Source: Somniosus microcephalus (lineage: Eukaryota). From it: a stretch of 64,000 nt of DNA. Below the pieces are notes generated by a model. That model was not told the DNA's origin. It did not search any database and saw only the letters and a program-made list of their open reading frames with translations. The first letter of the stretch is position 1; the number at the start of each line of letters is the position of its first letter. Shown one piece after another: positions 60,575 to 64,000 of the stretch. The translations under genes and the position numbers were made by a program. The stretch is taken from positions 142,414,001 to 142,478,000 of the forward strand of contig CM126211.1 in NCBI GenBank assembly GCA_052327205.1, written 5' to 3'.

Positions 60575-60692
60575 GCATAAAATGCTGGAAATGCTCAGCT
60601 GGTCAGGCAGCATCTCGACCTGAGACGTGAACTCTGTTTCTCTCTCCACGAATGTTGCATGACTTGCTGAGTATTTGCAGCATTCTCTGTCT
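60575..60692. mobile_element. Penelope-like palindromic fragment
   Basis: aaatgctggaaatgctcagc...gctgagtatttgcagcatt, homologous to 19489-19775. Confidence 0.55.
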
Positions 60693-62260
60693 CTCAGAGG
60701 CCTGCCTTTACCATCCAATGCCTTGTGAGCATCCAGCAGCACTCCCTGTTGAAAAACTTTTAACATCTGTTGCATGAAGCCACTACTTCAATAAAATCAA
60801 AAATACCCAGTCCAAAAGTTTAAATGCAAATTTACCTGAAAGGTGTATGTGTCCCTTTAAGAGGTGCTGACAGCACCTCTGTCAGTCTGCTTGAACACCA
60901 GGTTTACCTGGCGTGCTTAGGACCCAGCACTGAACTCAGCATTAGGGTCAAAGTTTGCAGTGGTGATGTTAAATCGGCATTGTACGCTGACTGACATCAC
61001 CACGGTGCCATTGTTTTTTGCAGGGCCTACTTAAGAATGCCAGCGCTACCGGGACTTCCAAAATGGAGGATGTTGCGGGACCCACCACCAGCTGGCAAAA
61101 TAACAGCCGCTGCTGCTCTCTTAACTTAACTGTTAGCCGCGCTAACATGTGGCGCTATGGTCGGGAATTTCTCCCCCTATGAACCTAACCTACAACAACA
61201 ACAACAGCAACAACTTGTATTTATATAGCACCTTTAGCGTGGTGAAACATCCCAAGGCGCTTCACAAAACCTAAACCTACACCTTTATATGAGCCAGAAA
61301 TGGGATAATGAGTCCAGGATTAGCAATTACCTCAACTGTAGTAAAAGCAAAAACAAAAATCTGTGCATAATGATTAAAATACATTTGGAACATATTTCTT
61401 ACGTAGTTTGATAAGTGCTAGGACTTTTCAATGACAGTCTTTCATATAGATTCATAGATGTTGCAAATTTCAGTTATCTTTGGCGTTTTAGTCAAAATTA
61501 ACATCGATGGAGACTTGCTAATTATTTAAGTAGTCCAAGCGCCTCTGAAGACAGACCTGTCAATCATCAGTGAGTAAAGACAGTGTGGCGCAAACTACTG
61601 CATAAAATGCTGATGAGCAGGTGCACACATACCATCTGGTTTCTGAGGACCTATTAATGCTTTAGTTATGTACAATTTGATTGGCACCCAGAACAAGATT
61701 CTGTATCCTGATTAAATTCCAGATCAATCATCCTGGCCTGATCCCATAGACAATTCATCTCTGACCTTCATTATGTATTTTGGTAAGGAAAGGCAGCTTC
61801 TGTTTTAACTCTAGCTGTTGAAGAATTGTAAGAGGTGAAGTACAGAAATGTCCCTATTTTTATCACAACAACCTACAACAAATGGTTCTCCATCAGAAAA
61901 AAAAACAGCATGCAAATTACTGTAGTGGATACAGATGAAGTTCGACAGTGAGTGAGCAAAATGATCAGAAGACTAAGATAGTAACTGTTGATAGATGATT
62001 GTGAAGTTGGCTGCTCACTTTAGAAGAGTGCTGAGCTCTCTTGTGATACAACCATTCAGTTCTTTGGCCTGATGACAATCCCTGAACTATGTTGTGGCAA
62101 ATGTGTGTTTGAGATACCTAGAAAAGCTAGAAAAACTGGGAATCTTCAGACTGGTGTGTCATTGTTAACACCCATATGCTACAACAAAGCCTCGCTGTGC
62201 CCAGTCATGGAATTAAAGGCATAAAAACAAAATTCACACCTTAACATGTATTTACACATT

Positions 62261-62666
62261 AGGCAGGATTTTCATTGGGCCGTGGAGTCGGGATTGGAGG
62301 TGTATGAGGGGTTAAAATCCCAAAATCAGGGGTCCCGACCCCATCCCGCACCCAAACCCACCTCCATGCCAGTTTCAAAGGAGGCAGGCCCGCACTGGGA
62401 CCCGCCTACCCGAGACGGGAAGGGATTAGTGCCAATTAACTGCCTGTTAACAGGTAGTTAAAACCTCTTGACAGATGAAATTTCAGTCTGTGACGTCACC
62501 TGTTGCCGGGTGGCCCTGAACTGGCCTGCTGAGCCCGCAGGGCGGGCTCAACAAGGTCAATCAAGTTAAAATCGCGTGGATTGGCCGCATTTCGATGGAG
62601 GCGGGACTACAACCCCGGAAGTTGTAGTCCCGCCTCCAACCCAACTCCTGAATGAAAATCCAGCCC
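62261..62666. mobile_element. Harbinger-type MITE, shorter inverted relative of 56579-57383
   Basis: TSD ATT; termini aggcaggatttt / aaaatccagccc; both arms align to 56579-57383 in reverse orientation. Confidence 0.8.
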
Positions 62667-63158
62667 ATTAGGTTCAACCAGTTTATGTACTCCAACAATA
62701 AACAAAAAGACTGAAGCTAATGCCAGAAAATAAAATGTGTGCAAGTACTGGAAGAAGCAAAAGCACTACTAGGTTATGGTAAAATGCAAAAATTAAATAA
62801 ACTATTCTGATTATTTTAAAGTTAACCAGCATTCAGTGGCAGTGAGTGCTACTGAAAAGATTAGAGAGTTGAGCGAGTAATGTATCGCAACCTCAATTTA
62901 TTGATAAAATAGTGTGAAGTTTTTGGCAAGATCTCATTACTGCAAACTCATGGGGACTGACAAAATCAATCATGTTTATCAAGGTTTGAACTGCTATGGA
63001 TTCCAGTAATTAAATAACTTTTACTTTTACAGATTCTTATAACCAATGTATGTGTAAAAGTCAATAATCCTACAAATCTTATAATGCACTGCAAGTTATA
63101 TTTTGTGGATCCTATTCCTTATTTGGTGGAATTCTAGATTGAATATTTAAAACTCAAG

Positions 63159-63855
63159 GGCCTAGAAATTGAGTTTGCGCTGCGCCGGGGCTTAACGCCG
63201 GAAATTTAGCGCCGGTGCTAAGTCGCGCTGTGCGCGCCAAAAATTCAGTAGCGCCGCGCCCAAATGGCTGCCGGCGCTACTGAAGGCTGTTTGCGCCTGA
63301 AAACTGGCGCTACGCGCCGCATTGCGGCGCTATTCCGGCGCTGCGGCGCCCGATGCGGTGCGGCAGGCTCGGGAAGTGCAGGCCTCCTCCTTCAGTTAAG
63401 GAGGAGCTGCCTGCACCCGCCCGCTGGCCGGTTAAATCGCCACAAAAATGAGCCCAGCACCTCGGGGAAGTGCCGGGCTCGCAGCCGAGAAGCATCTGTT
63501 CCACGGGGGGGAGGTGGGGGAGTCCGGGGAGGGAGGTGCGGGCAGGCGGCCGGCGGGAAAGCGGCCGGCCGCCGCTCCACCTTTATGCGCCGGCGCAAAG
63601 TCGTGTAAGACTCTGTTGCCAGAGTCTTAGTTGCGGCTGCCACGGGCGAGGCGGCTGCAACTGAATTTCGGCGCTGGGGCCCGTCACCACGGCAACCGGG
63701 ACGCTGCGCACACCGATGACGTCATCGGTGCCGGCGCAGCGCTACCGGTGTAACGCCGATGTTGGGCCCTAGTCAATTTCAAAACCGGCTGTAAGTCCAG
63801 CGCAATGCCCTCTAGCGCTGCAAAATGGGCGCTAAGCCCACTCAATTTCTAGGCC
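63159..63855. mobile_element. Harbinger MITE with the same TIR as the 31437-35887 element
   Basis: TIRs GGCCTAGAAATTGAG / CTCAATTTCTAGGCC, TSD AAG; CpG-rich. Confidence 0.9.
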
Positions 63856-64000
63856 AAGGGATTTTAAGAGTCATGGATAGCCACTAGAGTCCACTAGAGT
63901 AGGAATATTGGTCACTTACAGACTTTCCAAGATATGATGAATTGAATGCTTATGGGAACTCTGGGAATTATAGGTGAATGGTGCTTCAGCCAAAGCCAGA

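Larger units (their letters stand above)
58070..61177. mobile_element. Very decayed Harbinger-like element (boundaries approximate)
   Basis: Myb-exon-end remnant RKLHDLRRVVK/GT at about 59615-59650; Glu-rich remnant on the minus strand at 60460-60560; right end gaatttctcccc. Confidence 0.45.

Overview
Eukaryotic, repeat-dense, apparently intronic or intergenic vertebrate DNA. The repeat landscape (CR1 LINEs with an SGNH-esterase ORF1, RTE, many Harbingers, Penelope-type palindromes) suggests a cartilaginous fish, but that is inference. No host gene could be identified; essentially every long ORF is transposon-derived. Main content: (i) three Mag-like Gypsy LTR retrotransposons with intact LTR pairs and 5-bp TSDs (21959-27065; 38486-51710; and 40357-49181 nested antisense inside the latter, itself interrupted by a young CR1 at 41096-44753); (ii) several two-gene PIF/Harbinger transposons (DDE transposase plus spliced Myb/SANT gene), one nearly intact (31437-35887), with a deletion derivative and many MITEs; (iii) CR1, RTE and L2/jockey-like LINE fragments, including an APE-RT LINE preceded by a tRNA/SINE-like head (30075-37124); (iv) a Tc1/mariner MITE and Penelope-like palindromes with a decayed hammerhead motif. 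Best leads: the near-intact Harbinger with a matching MITE, an in-frame Gypsy-integrase/CR1-esterase chimeric ORF, the SINE-headed LINE, and the loop-less palindrome at 19.5 kb. All coordinates and identity counts were read by eye.
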